A stretch of DNA of 64,000 nucleotides. It comes from an uncultured Candidatus Saccharibacteria bacterium (GTDB lineage: Bacteria > Patescibacteriota > Minisyncoccia > Phycocordibacterales > UBA9973). Of the stretch, positions 29,811-42,784 are shown piece after piece (position 1 is the stretch's first letter; each line of letters starts with the position of its first letter). The notes under the pieces were generated by a model. It was not told the origin of the DNA. It saw nothing but the letters and a program-made list of their open reading frames with translations, and searched no databases. The translations under genes and the position numbers were made by a program. The stretch is from contig CAZFSV010000001.1 of the NCBI GenBank assembly GCA_964522195.1, positions 44,680 through 108,679 on the forward strand, in the 5' to 3' direction.

Positions 29811-30194
29811 ATGAGCAATAAACAAAAATTAATCATTTTAATAGTAATCGGTATAATTTTATCTGTTTTATTTTTTTTGAATAATAAAAAAGAGGAAGAA
29901 GATTTAGCCTTAACCTCTAGTAATGTTATTGTACCTACAAATGTAGAAATTAATAAGATTGAATTCTTAAATGAAGAAGACGCTTTATTGTCTAATAGTG
30001 TATTAAATACCTTGAATAGTTTAGAGAAAATATCTTTAAATACAGATATTTTTGATACATTATCTTTTAAAACTCTTATTGATGGAACTGTTCCTTTAGA
30101 ACAGGATAAAGATATAGGACGTAATAATCCTTTTGCTCCTATCGGTTTAGAAAATATAATTAATAAAATAGAAGAGGAAGAACAAGTAAACTAA
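29811..30194 (+). CDS. PilP-like pilus-associated protein
   Basis: N-terminal TM and GRNNPFAP motif; position in the pil cluster. Confidence 0.6.
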   Translation: MSNKQKLIILIVIGIILSVLFFLNNKKEEEDLALTSSNVIVPTNVEINKIEFLNEEDALLSNSVLNTLNSLEKISLNTDIFDTLSFKTLIDGTVPLEQDKDIGRNNPFAPIGLENIINKIEEEEQVN

Positions 30195-30202
30195 ATTTAT
30201 TT

Positions 30203-31963
30203 ATGATTTTTTTAGAAGAATTATTCAAAAGAGGTGTAATTACCCAAAATCAAATTTTAGAGATAAAAAATAGAGCTAATGAAAAATATAGTGGTGATTT
30301 TGAGTCTGCTTTAGAAGAATTTGGTATTACTCAAGATCAATTACTAAATATAAAAGGAGATTATTATAATATTCCAATAAAAAAAATAGTTAAAGAAAAT
30401 ATTTCTTTTGCAATCTTAAAATATATTCCGGAAGAATCTGCTAGGCACTATAATTTCGTGCCTATCGCTTTAAATGAAGGTGTGCTTGAAGTTGGTATTA
30501 TTGACCCCGAAAATGTGCAAGGTATAGATGCGTTGCAGTTTATTTCTACAAAAGGAGGTGTTCCTTTTAAAATTTTTTTAATAACAAAAAATGATTTTAA
30601 TTTAGTGCTTTCCTTATACCAAGGTGCAAATGTGCAAGTAGATCAAGCTCTCGAAGGTATAAATCAAAAAGATCAAGATATTTTTTCTGATAAAGATAAA
30701 GCCACAGAAGATAATTCTTTAAATCAAGAATTTAAAGATCATAAAAACACACAAGAAGCAAAGATAGTGGAAGATGCACCAATTATTAAAATTGTTGCTG
30801 TGATTATAAAAAACGCAATAGAAGGAAATGCTTCTGATATTCATATAGAACACAATGGAGATAAAATAAAAGTTAGATATCGCGTTGATGGAGAATTACA
30901 CACAACCTTAGTTTTACCTGTTAATGTCCACAGCGGAGTAGTTGCTCGTATCAAAATTTTAGCTAAACTTCGTTTAGATGAAAAAAGAAAACCTCAAGAC
31001 GGTTCCTTTAGTACAGATTTTGATGACAGAAAAGTTGATTTCCGTGTTTCCACAATGCCGTCTTATTATGGAGAAAAAGTTGTGATTCGTATTTTGGATT
31101 CTCAAAAAGGCGTAAAACCACTTGAAGCTTTAGGATTATCACCCAGAAATCTTGATTTAATGAAAGAAGCTATTTCAAGACCTTATGGGTTAGTGTTAGT
31201 TACAGGTCCTACTGGTTCTGGTAAATCTACCACACTGTATTCAGTAATGAATGCCTTAGATAAAGAAAAAAGCAATATTATAACTTTAGAAGATCCTGTT
31301 GAGTATCACATGCCTGACATTAATCAATCTCAAGTTTTACCTGAAATAGGTTATACTTTTGCATCAGGTCTTCGTTCTGTTTTAAGACAAGACCCAGATA
31401 TAATAATCGTAGGAGAAATTCGTGATAAAGAAACTGCTCAATTGGCTATTCAAGCAGCTTTAACAGGACACTTGGTTTTTTCAACTTTGCACACCAATAA
31501 TTCCATAGGAGCAATACCTCGTTTAGTTGATATGGGTGTAGATCCTTATTTAATTGCTCCAACTTTAGTCCTTTCTATTGCACAAAGACTTGCTAGGCTG
31601 ACTTGTGTTTCTTCTAGAAAAGAAATTCCTATGGATTCAAGTATTAAAATGCAAATAGAAGATTCTTTTAAAGATTTACCAGAGGAGTATAAAAATCAAA
31701 TTCAATTAAAAAATACCATGATAGACACAGTCCCTTCTTCAGAATGTTCTTCTGGTACACGTGGCCGTATTGCTATTTTTGAAATGTTTAAAATAGATAA
31801 AGAAATTCAAACTATGATCTTAAAAGATCCAACTTATGGTTCTATTTACAAAATCGCTCGCAGAAATGGGATGATTACAATGAAAGAAGATGCAATGCTT
31901 AAAGCAATAGAAGGCATTATTCCTTATACAGATGTTTATAATTTCAGTAATGAAGGAGAATAA
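30203..31963 (+). CDS. pilB: Pilus extension ATPase PilB/GspE
   Basis: ASDIHIE, PQDG, GPTGSGKSTT, LRQDPD and TGHLVFSTLHTN. Confidence 0.95.
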   Translation: MIFLEELFKRGVITQNQILEIKNRANEKYSGDFESALEEFGITQDQLLNIKGDYYNIPIKKIVKENISFAILKYIPEESARHYNFVPIALNEGVLEVGIIDPENVQGIDALQFISTKGGVPFKIFLITKNDFNLVLSLYQGANVQVDQALEGINQKDQDIFSDKDKATEDNSLNQEFKDHKNTQEAKIVEDAPIIKIVAVIIKNAIEGNASDIHIEHNGDKIKVRYRVDGELHTTLVLPVNVHSGVVARIKILAKLRLDEKRKPQDGSFSTDFDDRKVDFRVSTMPSYYGEKVVIRILDSQKGVKPLEALGLSPRNLDLMKEAISRPYGLVLVTGPTGSGKSTTLYSVMNALDKEKSNIITLEDPVEYHMPDINQSQVLPEIGYTFASGLRSVLRQDPDIIIVGEIRDKETAQLAIQAALTGHLVFSTLHTNNSIGAIPRLVDMGVDPYLIAPTLVLSIAQRLARLTCVSSRKEIPMDSSIKMQIEDSFKDLPEEYKNQIQLKNTMIDTVPSSECSSGTRGRIAIFEMFKIDKEIQTMILKDPTYGSIYKIARRNGMITMKEDAMLKAIEGIIPYTDVYNFSNEGE

Positions 31964-31997
31964 TGTTTTTTAATTGTTTTTATAATATAATAGATTT

Positions 31998-32411
31998 ATG
32001 TCAGTAGATAAAAATAAAATTTTAATAGTAGATGATGATGGTTTTTTGCTTGATATGTATTCGTTTAAATTTAGCCAAGATAATTTTGAAGTTTTTACAG
32101 CGATCAACGGTGCTTTAGCTTTAGAAAAATTACATGAAGGATTAAAGCCAGACGTTATTTTAATGGATATTATGATGCCTGAAATGAATGGTTTTGAAAC
32201 TTTAGAAAAGATTAATCAAGAAAGCTTGTCTAAAGATTCAGTAAAAATTATATTATCAAACAATAACCAAAAATCTGAAATAGAAAAAGGTCACGCTTTA
32301 GGAATAGATGGTTATATAGTAAAAGCAAATTCAACACCAGCTGAGGTTATAGAAAGAGTTAATGAAATTTTATTAAATAAAAAAATACATTCAAAAGAAA
32401 ATGAATTATAA
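31998..32411 (+). CDS. Single-domain response regulator
   Basis: ILIVDDD and PDVILMDIMMP. Confidence 0.92.
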   Translation: MSVDKNKILIVDDDGFLLDMYSFKFSQDNFEVFTAINGALALEKLHEGLKPDVILMDIMMPEMNGFETLEKINQESLSKDSVKIILSNNNQKSEIEKGHALGIDGYIVKANSTPAEVIERVNEILLNKKIHSKENEL

Positions 32412-33459
32412 AGAAACAATTGAAAATTTAATTTTAAATCTTATTAGAGAAAGTGGGTCTGATTTGCATTTAGGAGGAGGTAGGATGCCAGCAATTCGTG
32501 TTTTCGGAGAGTTGATTTTTTTAGTAAAATATCCAGTTTTTACGAAGGAAGACATGGAAGGTATTTTAAAAGAATTAATTGACGCAGAAAGGTTTGAGAA
32601 ATTTAAAATAGAACAAGAATTAGATTTTTCTTATGATTTTAAAGGTGAGGCTAGGTTGCGTTGTAATGCTTTTATACAAAAAGGACTTATTAATCTTGCT
32701 TTTAGATTAATACCACAAGTTAAAGATTTAAAAGAATTAAATCTACCTCCAATCATTGCAGAAATTAGTAGGAAAAAACAAGGGTTTTTCTTGGTTGTGG
32801 GCCCAGTTGGTCAAGGTAAATCAACAACACTTTCTGCTATGGTAAATTTAATAAACAAAGAACAACCTAAACACATCATTACAATAGAAGATCCAATAGA
32901 ATATATTTATACCGCAGATAAATCTATCATTAATCAAAGAGAAGTTAATATTGACACTAATAGTTTTCAAAGTGCTTTAACTTCTGTTTTTCGTGAAGAT
33001 GTGAATGTTATTATGATTGGAGAAATGAGAAGCCCTGAAACTATGTCTACCGCTGTAACTGCGGCGGAAACAGGCCACCTTGTTCTATCAACCCTACATA
33101 CTAATAATGCTTCGCAAACAATAGATAGAATAATAGACTCTTTTCCAAGTCATCAACAGGATCAAATTAGAGTTCAATTGTCTAATTCATTACTGGGTAT
33201 TTTTTCTCAAAGATTAATTCCTCGTATTACAGGAGGCTTAATACCAGCTTTTGAATTACTTTTAAATAATAATGCGGTAGCAAACTTAATTCGTGAGAAA
33301 AGAACTCATGAAATTGATGTTGTTATAGAAACAGGTATGGAACAAGGCATGATTGATCTTAATCACTCTTTGCTTGATTTGGTTCGTCGTGGAGAGATAA
33401 CTATAGAGAATGCTTATCAGTACTCCTTAAATCCAAAAGGACTTGAAAGAATGTTATAA
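32401..33459 (+). CDS. pilT: Pilus retraction ATPase PilT
   Basis: SDLHL, GPVGQGKSTT, AAETGHLVLSTLHT and NLIRE. Confidence 0.95.
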   Translation: MNYKETIENLILNLIRESGSDLHLGGGRMPAIRVFGELIFLVKYPVFTKEDMEGILKELIDAERFEKFKIEQELDFSYDFKGEARLRCNAFIQKGLINLAFRLIPQVKDLKELNLPPIIAEISRKKQGFFLVVGPVGQGKSTTLSAMVNLINKEQPKHIITIEDPIEYIYTADKSIINQREVNIDTNSFQSALTSVFREDVNVIMIGEMRSPETMSTAVTAAETGHLVLSTLHTNNASQTIDRIIDSFPSHQQDQIRVQLSNSLLGIFSQRLIPRITGGLIPAFELLLNNNAVANLIREKRTHEIDVVIETGMEQGMIDLNHSLLDLVRRGEITIENAYQYSLNPKGLERML

Positions 33460-33477
33460 ATTTAATTTTTAATTTTT

Positions 33478-34686
33478 ATGTTATTTAAATATAAAGCAGT
33501 AGATGAAAGGGGTATAAAAAAAGAGGGTGAAATAGATGCACCAAATAGAGATTTGGGAATTTCGGCTCTACAAAGAAGAAACTTGATTGTTGTTTCTATT
33601 ATAGAAGCAGAAAAAAAGAAATCTTTTTTAGAAATATCTTTTTTTGAAAAAGCTTCCAATAAAGATGTGGTTATTTTATCTCGTCAAATTGCAACTTTAT
33701 TTGAAGCTCAAGTTTCGGCTCTTAAAGCTTTTTCTATGCTTGCAAGTAATTCCGAAAATAAATTTTTAGCAAAAAGATTAATTATCGTGGGCGAAGATTT
33801 GCAAGCTGGTATGTCTGTATCTGGGGCTTTAAGCAAGCACCCAGAAATATTTTCTCAATTTTATATAAATATGGTTAAAGCAGGAGAAGAAACAGGTAAA
33901 TTAAATCAAACTTTCCTTCATTTAGCAGATTATTTAGATAGGCAATATGCAATAACCTCTAAAACTCGAAATGCTTTGATTTATCCAGCTTTCGTTGTTG
34001 TAACTTTTTTTGTAGTTATGGGACTTATGTTTACTATGGTTATTCCTAGGCTTTCTGGAATTTTAAAAGATTCAGGTCAAGAAATTCCTGTTTTTACTCA
34101 AATTATTCTTTCTTTATCAGAATTTTTCGTGAATTATGGTATAATTTTCTTAATTTTTATAGCATTATTTGGAGTTTGGGTTTTTCAAATGTCTCGAACA
34201 GAATCAGGTAAAAATTTAATAGATAAATACCGTTTATCAATACCCGCAATTGGTAATTTGTATAGAAAACTATATCTTTCTCGTATTTCAGATAACTTAG
34301 ACACTATGCTCGTTTCTGGAATTACGATTATTAAATCTTTAGATATAACTTCTGATGTTGTAAATAGTAATATTTATAAAAGCATCTTAAAAGAAGTTAC
34401 TGTTGATGTAAAAGCGGGACTTTCCTTATCTCAAGCTTTTGAAAAACACCCTGAATATTTACCAGGAATTATGGTTCAAATGGTAAAAGTAGGAGAGGAA
34501 ACAGGGTCTTTAGGGCCAATTTTAAAAACTTTGGGAGATTTTTATAAAAGAGAAGTTGATGATGCTGTAGATACTTTAATAGGACTTATTGAACCTGTTA
34601 TGATCGTGGTTTTAGGTCTTGGGGTGGGAATACTACTTGTAGCTGTTCTTATTCCTATTTATAACATTGCAGGTAATATAGGATAA
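33478..34686 (+). CDS. pilC: Pilus platform protein PilC/GspF
   Basis: AGEETGKL, ALIYP, VGEETGSL and LIEP. Confidence 0.95.
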   Translation: MLFKYKAVDERGIKKEGEIDAPNRDLGISALQRRNLIVVSIIEAEKKKSFLEISFFEKASNKDVVILSRQIATLFEAQVSALKAFSMLASNSENKFLAKRLIIVGEDLQAGMSVSGALSKHPEIFSQFYINMVKAGEETGKLNQTFLHLADYLDRQYAITSKTRNALIYPAFVVVTFFVVMGLMFTMVIPRLSGILKDSGQEIPVFTQIILSLSEFFVNYGIIFLIFIALFGVWVFQMSRTESGKNLIDKYRLSIPAIGNLYRKLYLSRISDNLDTMLVSGITIIKSLDITSDVVNSNIYKSILKEVTVDVKAGLSLSQAFEKHPEYLPGIMVQMVKVGEETGSLGPILKTLGDFYKREVDDAVDTLIGLIEPVMIVVLGLGVGILLVAVLIPIYNIAGNIG

Positions 34687-34879
34687 TGAAGTTGTAAATT
34701 AATAGCTCATAATTTTACATTCGTGAGTTATTTTAAAATACTTTTAACTTTAAAATTTAATTGTGGATAACTAATTTGCAATAGTATTTTAGGATTATGT
34801 TATAATTAATATATAAAAATAAAGTCGAAATTATTTTATTAAATTATTAAAAGTTTTTATTATTAATCAAATATATATT

Positions 34880-35335
34880 ATGAAATTAAATTTCAAAAAA
34901 GGTTTTACATTGATTGAATTATTGGTGGTTGTTGCTATTATAGGTATTTTGGCTTCTGTTGTGTTGACTTCATTAGGATCAGCAAGAAACAAAGCTAAAG
35001 ATTCTTCTGCTATTGCTTCTCTCTCTTCAATGAGAGGTCAAGCAGAATTAGGAGTTTCTACTTCAGGTAATTACCTTAACAACCTTTGTAATGCAACAAC
35101 AGGTTCTGGAGAAATTGGAACTTTGCTAGCTGCTGCTAGAACTCAATTAGGTGGTGTTGCAAACGTTGATTGTTATGACGATGACTCAGATGACGCAACA
35201 GCAACAGTTACTCCAACAGCTTGGAGAGTTGAAGGTGACTTGTTAACAGGTACTTTCTTCTGTGTTGATTCTACTGGTATTGCTACAGAAGTTGCTGTTA
35301 CAAATACTACAGCTACAGACTATACTTGTAATTAG
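34880..35335 (+). CDS. pilA: Major type IV pilin
   Basis: KKG/FTLIELLVVVAIIGILA; long AT-rich upstream region and own terminator. Confidence 0.88.
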   Translation: MKLNFKKGFTLIELLVVVAIIGILASVVLTSLGSARNKAKDSSAIASLSSMRGQAELGVSTSGNYLNNLCNATTGSGEIGTLLAAARTQLGGVANVDCYDDDSDDATATVTPTAWRVEGDLLTGTFFCVDSTGIATEVAVTNTTATDYTCN

Positions 35336-35344
35336 TTTTTATTT

Positions 35345-35370
35345 AAAAAAGCCCCAAATGGGGCTTTTTT
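35345..35370 (+). terminator. Intrinsic terminator after the major pilin
   Basis: AAAAAAGCCCC-aaat-GGGGCTTTTTT. Confidence 0.88.
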
Positions 35371-35427
35371 AAATTTAATAGATTTGTTATAATTTGTATG
35401 TATTTTATTATTAAATATTTATAAAAA

Positions 35428-36024
35428 ATGAAATCATATAATTTTTTCAAAAAAGACTCTGTTGGTATTAATACAAGTAAAACTGTTGCAGGTGGATTTA
35501 CTTTAATTGAGTTGTTGGTGGTTGTTGGAATTATAGGTATTTTAGCCGCTTTGGTTACAGTATCTTTGGGTTCTGGTAAAGACAAAAGTAATGATTCAAA
35601 AAGAGTATCTCAGATAAGCCAAATGGGTTCACAAGCTTTTTTGTTTACTGGTACTTTAGGTACAGCCTATGTTGTTACTACTCCTTATCTTTCTAGTGGG
35701 GGTATAACAGGCGCTGCTATTGGAGGGTCAGTTTTAACCGGTACATTATTTAATGATACTAATTTAGCAAATAACAGTCTTTGGTTGCTAGCTAATACTT
35801 TACCTGCTGGAACTTATATTTATTATGGTTGGAATGGGCAAAATACTGCTACAAATGGTGCTTGGTTCTTTGCTTCTTCTTTAAGTACTGGAGGTTTTTG
35901 TATTGATTCAACTGGTTTTAAGAAAACTTATACTGGTACTCCTTTAGCTGGAACCTTATCAGCTTGGACTGCCGCTGGAGTATTTCCTAACGCAACTGCA
36001 GTAGGAGGATATCGCTGTAATTAA
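35428..36024 (+). CDS. Second type IV pilin
   Basis: G/FTLIELLVVVGIIGIL; shares the FC(V/I)DSTG...Y(T/R)CN C-terminal pattern with 34880-35335. Confidence 0.88.
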   Translation: MKSYNFFKKDSVGINTSKTVAGGFTLIELLVVVGIIGILAALVTVSLGSGKDKSNDSKRVSQISQMGSQAFLFTGTLGTAYVVTTPYLSSGGITGAAIGGSVLTGTLFNDTNLANNSLWLLANTLPAGTYIYYGWNGQNTATNGAWFFASSLSTGGFCIDSTGFKKTYTGTPLAGTLSAWTAAGVFPNATAVGGYRCN

Positions 36025-36039
36025 TTTATTTAATTTTTT

Positions 36040-36064
36040 AAAAAAGCCCTTCGGGGCTTTTTTT
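36040..36064 (+). terminator. Intrinsic terminator after the second pilin
   Basis: AAAAAAGCCC-ttcg-GGGCTTTTTTT. Confidence 0.88.
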
Positions 36065-36092
36065 GTTTCAATAATATTGGTATAATATTTGT

Positions 36093-36884
36093 ATGTATAC
36101 GACTTTAGCAATTATTTTTTTCTTATTAGGTATTGTTATTGGTAGCTTTTTAAACGTGGTAATTTTTAGACTTAATACTAATAAATCTTTCGGCGGTAGA
36201 AGTATCTGTTTATCTTGTAGGAACCAAATATGCTGGCATGATCTTATTCCACTATTTTCTTTTTGTTTTTTAGGTGGTAGGTGTCGTCATTGCAAGACAA
36301 GGCTATCCTGGCAATATCCGATAGTAGAATTTATTACTGGTATTGTTTTCCTTTTATTATTTTGGAAATTTTATTATTTATTTGAAATAGTACCAATGAC
36401 TTTTGCTTTTACTTATGGATATTTTGCTGCAATTTTTGCTATTTTAATTATTATTACTTTTTATGATATCCGCCATAAAATTATTCCAGACTCTCTATCT
36501 TTAATTTTCGGTTTACTTTCTTTCTTTAGTGTATTTTTGTTTTCTGATTTTATTTTAAACCTTCATGTGCCTTCCTTAAATGAATTTAGTGGTATTTTAC
36601 TTAGTTTACCTTTTGCTTTTCTTTGGTTTGTTTCTTCTGGTCGCTGGATGGGTTTTGGAGATGCGAAACTAGCTATTGGTATTGGTCTTTTATTGGGTTT
36701 TACAAAAGGATTAACTGCTATTATCTTTGCTTTTTGGATTGGAGCAATTGTAGGGATTTTGTTAATTTTACTTAATAAAATAAAAGGAATGAAAAGTGAA
36801 ATGCCTTTTGCTCCATTTTTAATTTTAGGTACTTTGATAGTTTTTATTTTAGAATTAACTTTATTTAATTTGAATGTATTTTAA
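36093..36884 (+). CDS. pilD: Prepilin peptidase
   Basis: GSFLNVVIFRL, two CxxC pairs, MGFGDAKL and PFAPFL. Confidence 0.95.
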   Translation: MYTTLAIIFFLLGIVIGSFLNVVIFRLNTNKSFGGRSICLSCRNQICWHDLIPLFSFCFLGGRCRHCKTRLSWQYPIVEFITGIVFLLLFWKFYYLFEIVPMTFAFTYGYFAAIFAILIIITFYDIRHKIIPDSLSLIFGLLSFFSVFLFSDFILNLHVPSLNEFSGILLSLPFAFLWFVSSGRWMGFGDAKLAIGIGLLLGFTKGLTAIIFAFWIGAIVGILLILLNKIKGMKSEMPFAPFLILGTLIVFILELTLFNLNVF

Positions 36885-37494
36885 ATTTAAAAAATTAAAT
36901 AAAGGTTTTACTTATGTTGAATTAATTGTTGTTCTTGCAATTACCACAATTTTATCTTCAATCTCTTTGTTTAATTATCAGACATTTCAAAATAAAGTAG
37001 ATATGAAAAATTTATCAAATAGTGTCGCCTTAAAAATAACTGAAATGCAAAAATTCGCAATTGCAGGTAAAAGGCCAGTTCATACTATTCCAGTATCAGG
37101 TTGGAAGCCGTCATATGGTATTTATTTTCCAGCAATTACTCCAACTACAAATAAAACTTTTTATTTATTTGCCGATTTACTTTTATTAGGTGCTCAAGAT
37201 AAAAAATTAGGATTAACAACTCCTTGTCCTGGAACAGAATGTATGTCTGTATTTACTATTGGTAAAGGCAATTATATAGAAAAAATTGATATTAAATATC
37301 AAAACGGTACTACTGTAAGTCATACTACTCCTTTACATATAACTTATACTAGACCTAACGTAGGCGCTGCGTTTTGGTCTGATACAAGTCAATTGTCAAA
37401 TGTTGATTATATAGAAGTTAGCTTAAGAAATTCTAATAATTCTGCTTCTGCAAAAATTAATATTTATGCTTCTGGTAGAGTTCAAATAATTTAA
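36874..37494 (+). CDS. Minor pilin (FimT/GspH-like)
   Basis: KG/FTYVELIVV prepilin motif. Confidence 0.85.
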   Translation: MYFKFKKLNKGFTYVELIVVLAITTILSSISLFNYQTFQNKVDMKNLSNSVALKITEMQKFAIAGKRPVHTIPVSGWKPSYGIYFPAITPTTNKTFYLFADLLLLGAQDKKLGLTTPCPGTECMSVFTIGKGNYIEKIDIKYQNGTTVSHTTPLHITYTRPNVGAAFWSDTSQLSNVDYIEVSLRNSNNSASAKINIYASGRVQII

Positions 37495-37498
37495 TATA

Positions 37499-38080
37499 AT
37501 GATAAAAAATAAACTTAAAATTAATTCCGGATATACAATAATTGAAACAATGGTAGCTGTGTCTATTTTTCTTGTTGTTGTATCTATTTCTATGAATTCT
37601 CTACTCAATGCTAATTTGCTTTTAAATAAATCTAAAGATATGCGTTCTGTTATGGATAATCTTTCCTTCATAATGGAAGATATGTCTAGAAATTTAAGAA
37701 CAGGATATGATTATCGTTGCCAAGCTGAAACAACTTATTTAGTGACGCCCTTGAGTTGTATCTCTGGCGGAACTGTTTCTTTTACAGAAGCTATATCTAA
37801 TACAAGATGGGTGTATAAAATTTCTTCAACTGATCTTGTAAATTATAATATTTTTAAATCTGTTGATGGCGGAGCAACTTTTGTTAAATTAAATGATGAT
37901 TTTATTAAAATAAAACCACAATCAGGCTTCTCTGTTTCGGGTGCAGAGTCAATTGCTTCTGGAGACAACAAGCAACCTTTCATTACTATTAAATTAATTG
38001 GAGAAATTCATTATAAAAATATTATTACTCCATTTTCATTACAAACTTCAGTTTCACAAACAAAAATAGATATTTTATGA
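37499..38080 (+). CDS. Minor pilin (PilW/GspJ-like)
   Basis: SG/YTIIETMVAV prepilin motif. Confidence 0.85.
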   Translation: MIKNKLKINSGYTIIETMVAVSIFLVVVSISMNSLLNANLLLNKSKDMRSVMDNLSFIMEDMSRNLRTGYDYRCQAETTYLVTPLSCISGGTVSFTEAISNTRWVYKISSTDLVNYNIFKSVDGGATFVKLNDDFIKIKPQSGFSVSGAESIASGDNKQPFITIKLIGEIHYKNIITPFSLQTSVSQTKIDIL

Positions 38081-38693
38081 TAAAATCAAAAAAACAATTT
38101 AATAAAGCTCCTGCCCGAAATGCTAAGCATAGCTTTGTAGGCGGGTTTACTTTAATAGAATCCATGGTAGCTATATCTATTTTTACTACTTCTGTTTTAG
38201 GTATGCTGACTTTGACTGCAGGGAATATTAGTAATACTAATTATGCTAAGAACAAATTAATGGCTACTTTTTTGGCTCAAGAAGGTTTAGAATATGTGAG
38301 AAATTTAAGAGATGCTTATACTGTGTTTGTCTACAATGGATTTGAAGAATTTCAAACTAAAGTAGTCCCTTGTACTACTCCTAATGGATGCTATTTTAAT
38401 GCTGATTTAGTTGGTCATAATGGAGATATAATTCAAAATATTGTATTAACTGAGTGCTCTTCTGGAGTTTGTCCTTTTTTGCGCTATGATGAAAATAGTT
38501 ATACAAAACAATATAATTACACTACCGGTAATTTAAGTAATTTTTCAAGAAAGCTTAAAATAGAAATTATTTCCACTTCAAATCCTGCACAAAAAGAAGT
38601 TAAGGTAACTTCTATGGTAACTTTTAATTTAAGTGGTAAAAGTCATACAGTATATTTTACGAGTTATTTGAATAATTGGGCTGAATATATATA

Positions 38694-38694
<1 letters not shown>
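38077..38694 (+). CDS. Minor pilin (PilV-like)
   Basis: GG/FTLIESMVAI and AQEGLEYVRNLRD. Confidence 0.85.
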
Positions 38695-41271
<2,577 letters not shown>

Positions 41272-41280
41272 GATATTTTG

Positions 41281-41482
41281 GCGGTATGTTCTGGACAAAA
41301 TTCGAACTTTTTTCGAAGAAAATCCAAACGATTAAAACTAATAAAATGGACTCGGCAGGGCGAAACAATTTGTCTGGGGTTTTGGATTCGCCCTGCCTCG
41401 GCTGATTTCCCGCCCGCAGGAGGGGTCTGGGGAGGAATGCGGGCGGGTTTCGGACTGGGGGTTTTCGGAAATTCGGCGGCTA
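41281..41482 (+). repeat. Arm A (202 bp, GC-rich); inverted copy at 43090-43291
   Basis: Reverse-complement identity by inspection; identical translations in the ORF track. Confidence 0.95.
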
Positions 41483-41489
41483 ACACTAA

Positions 41490-42113
41490 TCAAAAATTGA
41501 CATCTTTTACAAACCAATTTTTGAATCTTTTTAGAAAACTTTTTAAACTCTTAAAACTTCTTTTTATAAATAACCAAATATTTTCAAAAACAGTTTTTTT
41601 ATTTTTATATACCAGAAAGTTTAAAAAGTTTGCAGAATTGATTTCTTTAAGTTTATCTTTTATTTCGTCTTTTTCCCAAAAAGCAGTAAAAGATATTTTC
41701 TTTATAGATTCTGAGCCAAAGTAAAATTCCAGCGAACCACTATCTTCCAATTTATCTTTCGGTATTTCAAAATATAGAATTTCCAAAGTAGTTTCTGGTG
41801 GTAATTTAAAATATTCTTTTGTATATCCATATAGATATGAACCACCACCCAAATTAGAACTTTTGATATAGAAACTACTTTGTTCATCTAATCCTGGTGC
41901 AAAATTTGTTTTTGCTATTCCTACAAAAGCAGAAAACCATACCGTATTTATGAGTGTCTTTTGATTATTTTTTAATAAGACCGAAAAACAAATTTTGTCT
42001 TTATCTTCAGGATTTCTTATAACGAAAAAATACCTCAAATCACTTTTAGTTTCCTTTTCCTTTTCTTTGTTTACATTCAAATTATTATTAACAGTAAAAA
42101 GTGTGGGGTTCAT
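41490..42113 (-). CDS. Hypothetical cargo protein
   Basis: 207-aa ORF co-oriented with the XRE gene. Confidence 0.7.
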   Translation of the reverse strand: MNPTLFTVNNNLNVNKEKEKETKSDLRYFFVIRNPEDKDKICFSVLLKNNQKTLINTVWFSAFVGIAKTNFAPGLDEQSSFYIKSSNLGGGSYLYGYTKEYFKLPPETTLEILYFEIPKDKLEDSGSLEFYFGSESIKKISFTAFWEKDEIKDKLKEINSANFLNFLVYKNKKTVFENIWLFIKRSFKSLKSFLKRFKNWFVKDVNF

Positions 42114-42118
42114 ATTTT

Positions 42119-42772
42119 TTAAATAGTTTCTTCCACCTCTTTGTTCAATTCGTTATAGTCCAGTTTAGAAAATTCGGTAAATAACGAATTGGCTAAAATA
42201 TGGATTATTTTTTCGTCTAGAAAGACATCGTTTGCGTATTTATTACTTGAACCATCGCCAGAAAGTATACTTGCAACTTTCATCATAAATCTATTTTTTA
42301 AGGTGTTTTCAAAAAATCTTATCTTAAACTCATCCGTTGCGTTAAAGGTTTGTCTTAATCTAATTTGGAATACATCAAGGATACTATTGCCTTTATACTC
42401 AGATAATTTTTGGTGTGCTTCGGGAGTAAAATTTTCATACATTTCACGAATCATTTTTTTATGTCCCTCAAAATCTTTTTCTTTATCTTTGTGGTCAAGT
42501 AATAAGGAAACTATAAGTATCATGTGTTCATTTAAAGCATCAGAAAATATTTTCTGATCTTCTTTGTCCATGTGTTGTTTAAATTTTTCTCCAACATAAT
42601 AATGTCCAAACATCGCAGCTTCCAAAAGTAAAGTTCCAAATGCAGAAGGGTGGACATTGACATTTTTAAGAACTTTTAATTCATTTCTCCAAGAAGAAAC
42701 GACTTTTTGTGAAATATCCCCAACAAGAGTTGCGACTGTCAAAGCAAGTTTTTCGATATTTTCTTTTTCCAT
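42119..42772 (-). CDS. Hypothetical cargo protein
   Basis: 217-aa ORF. Confidence 0.75.
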   Translation of the reverse strand: MEKENIEKLALTVATLVGDISQKVVSSWRNELKVLKNVNVHPSAFGTLLLEAAMFGHYYVGEKFKQHMDKEDQKIFSDALNEHMILIVSLLLDHKDKEKDFEGHKKMIREMYENFTPEAHQKLSEYKGNSILDVFQIRLRQTFNATDEFKIRFFENTLKNRFMMKVASILSGDGSSNKYANDVFLDEKIIHILANSLFTEFSKLDYNELNKEVEETI

Positions 42773-42784
42773 AATATTAGTTAA

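Noticed and set aside
34762-34770. DnaA box as evidence of oriC
   Set aside because: Isolated single boxes (here and near 12216), with no cluster and no dnaA nearby.
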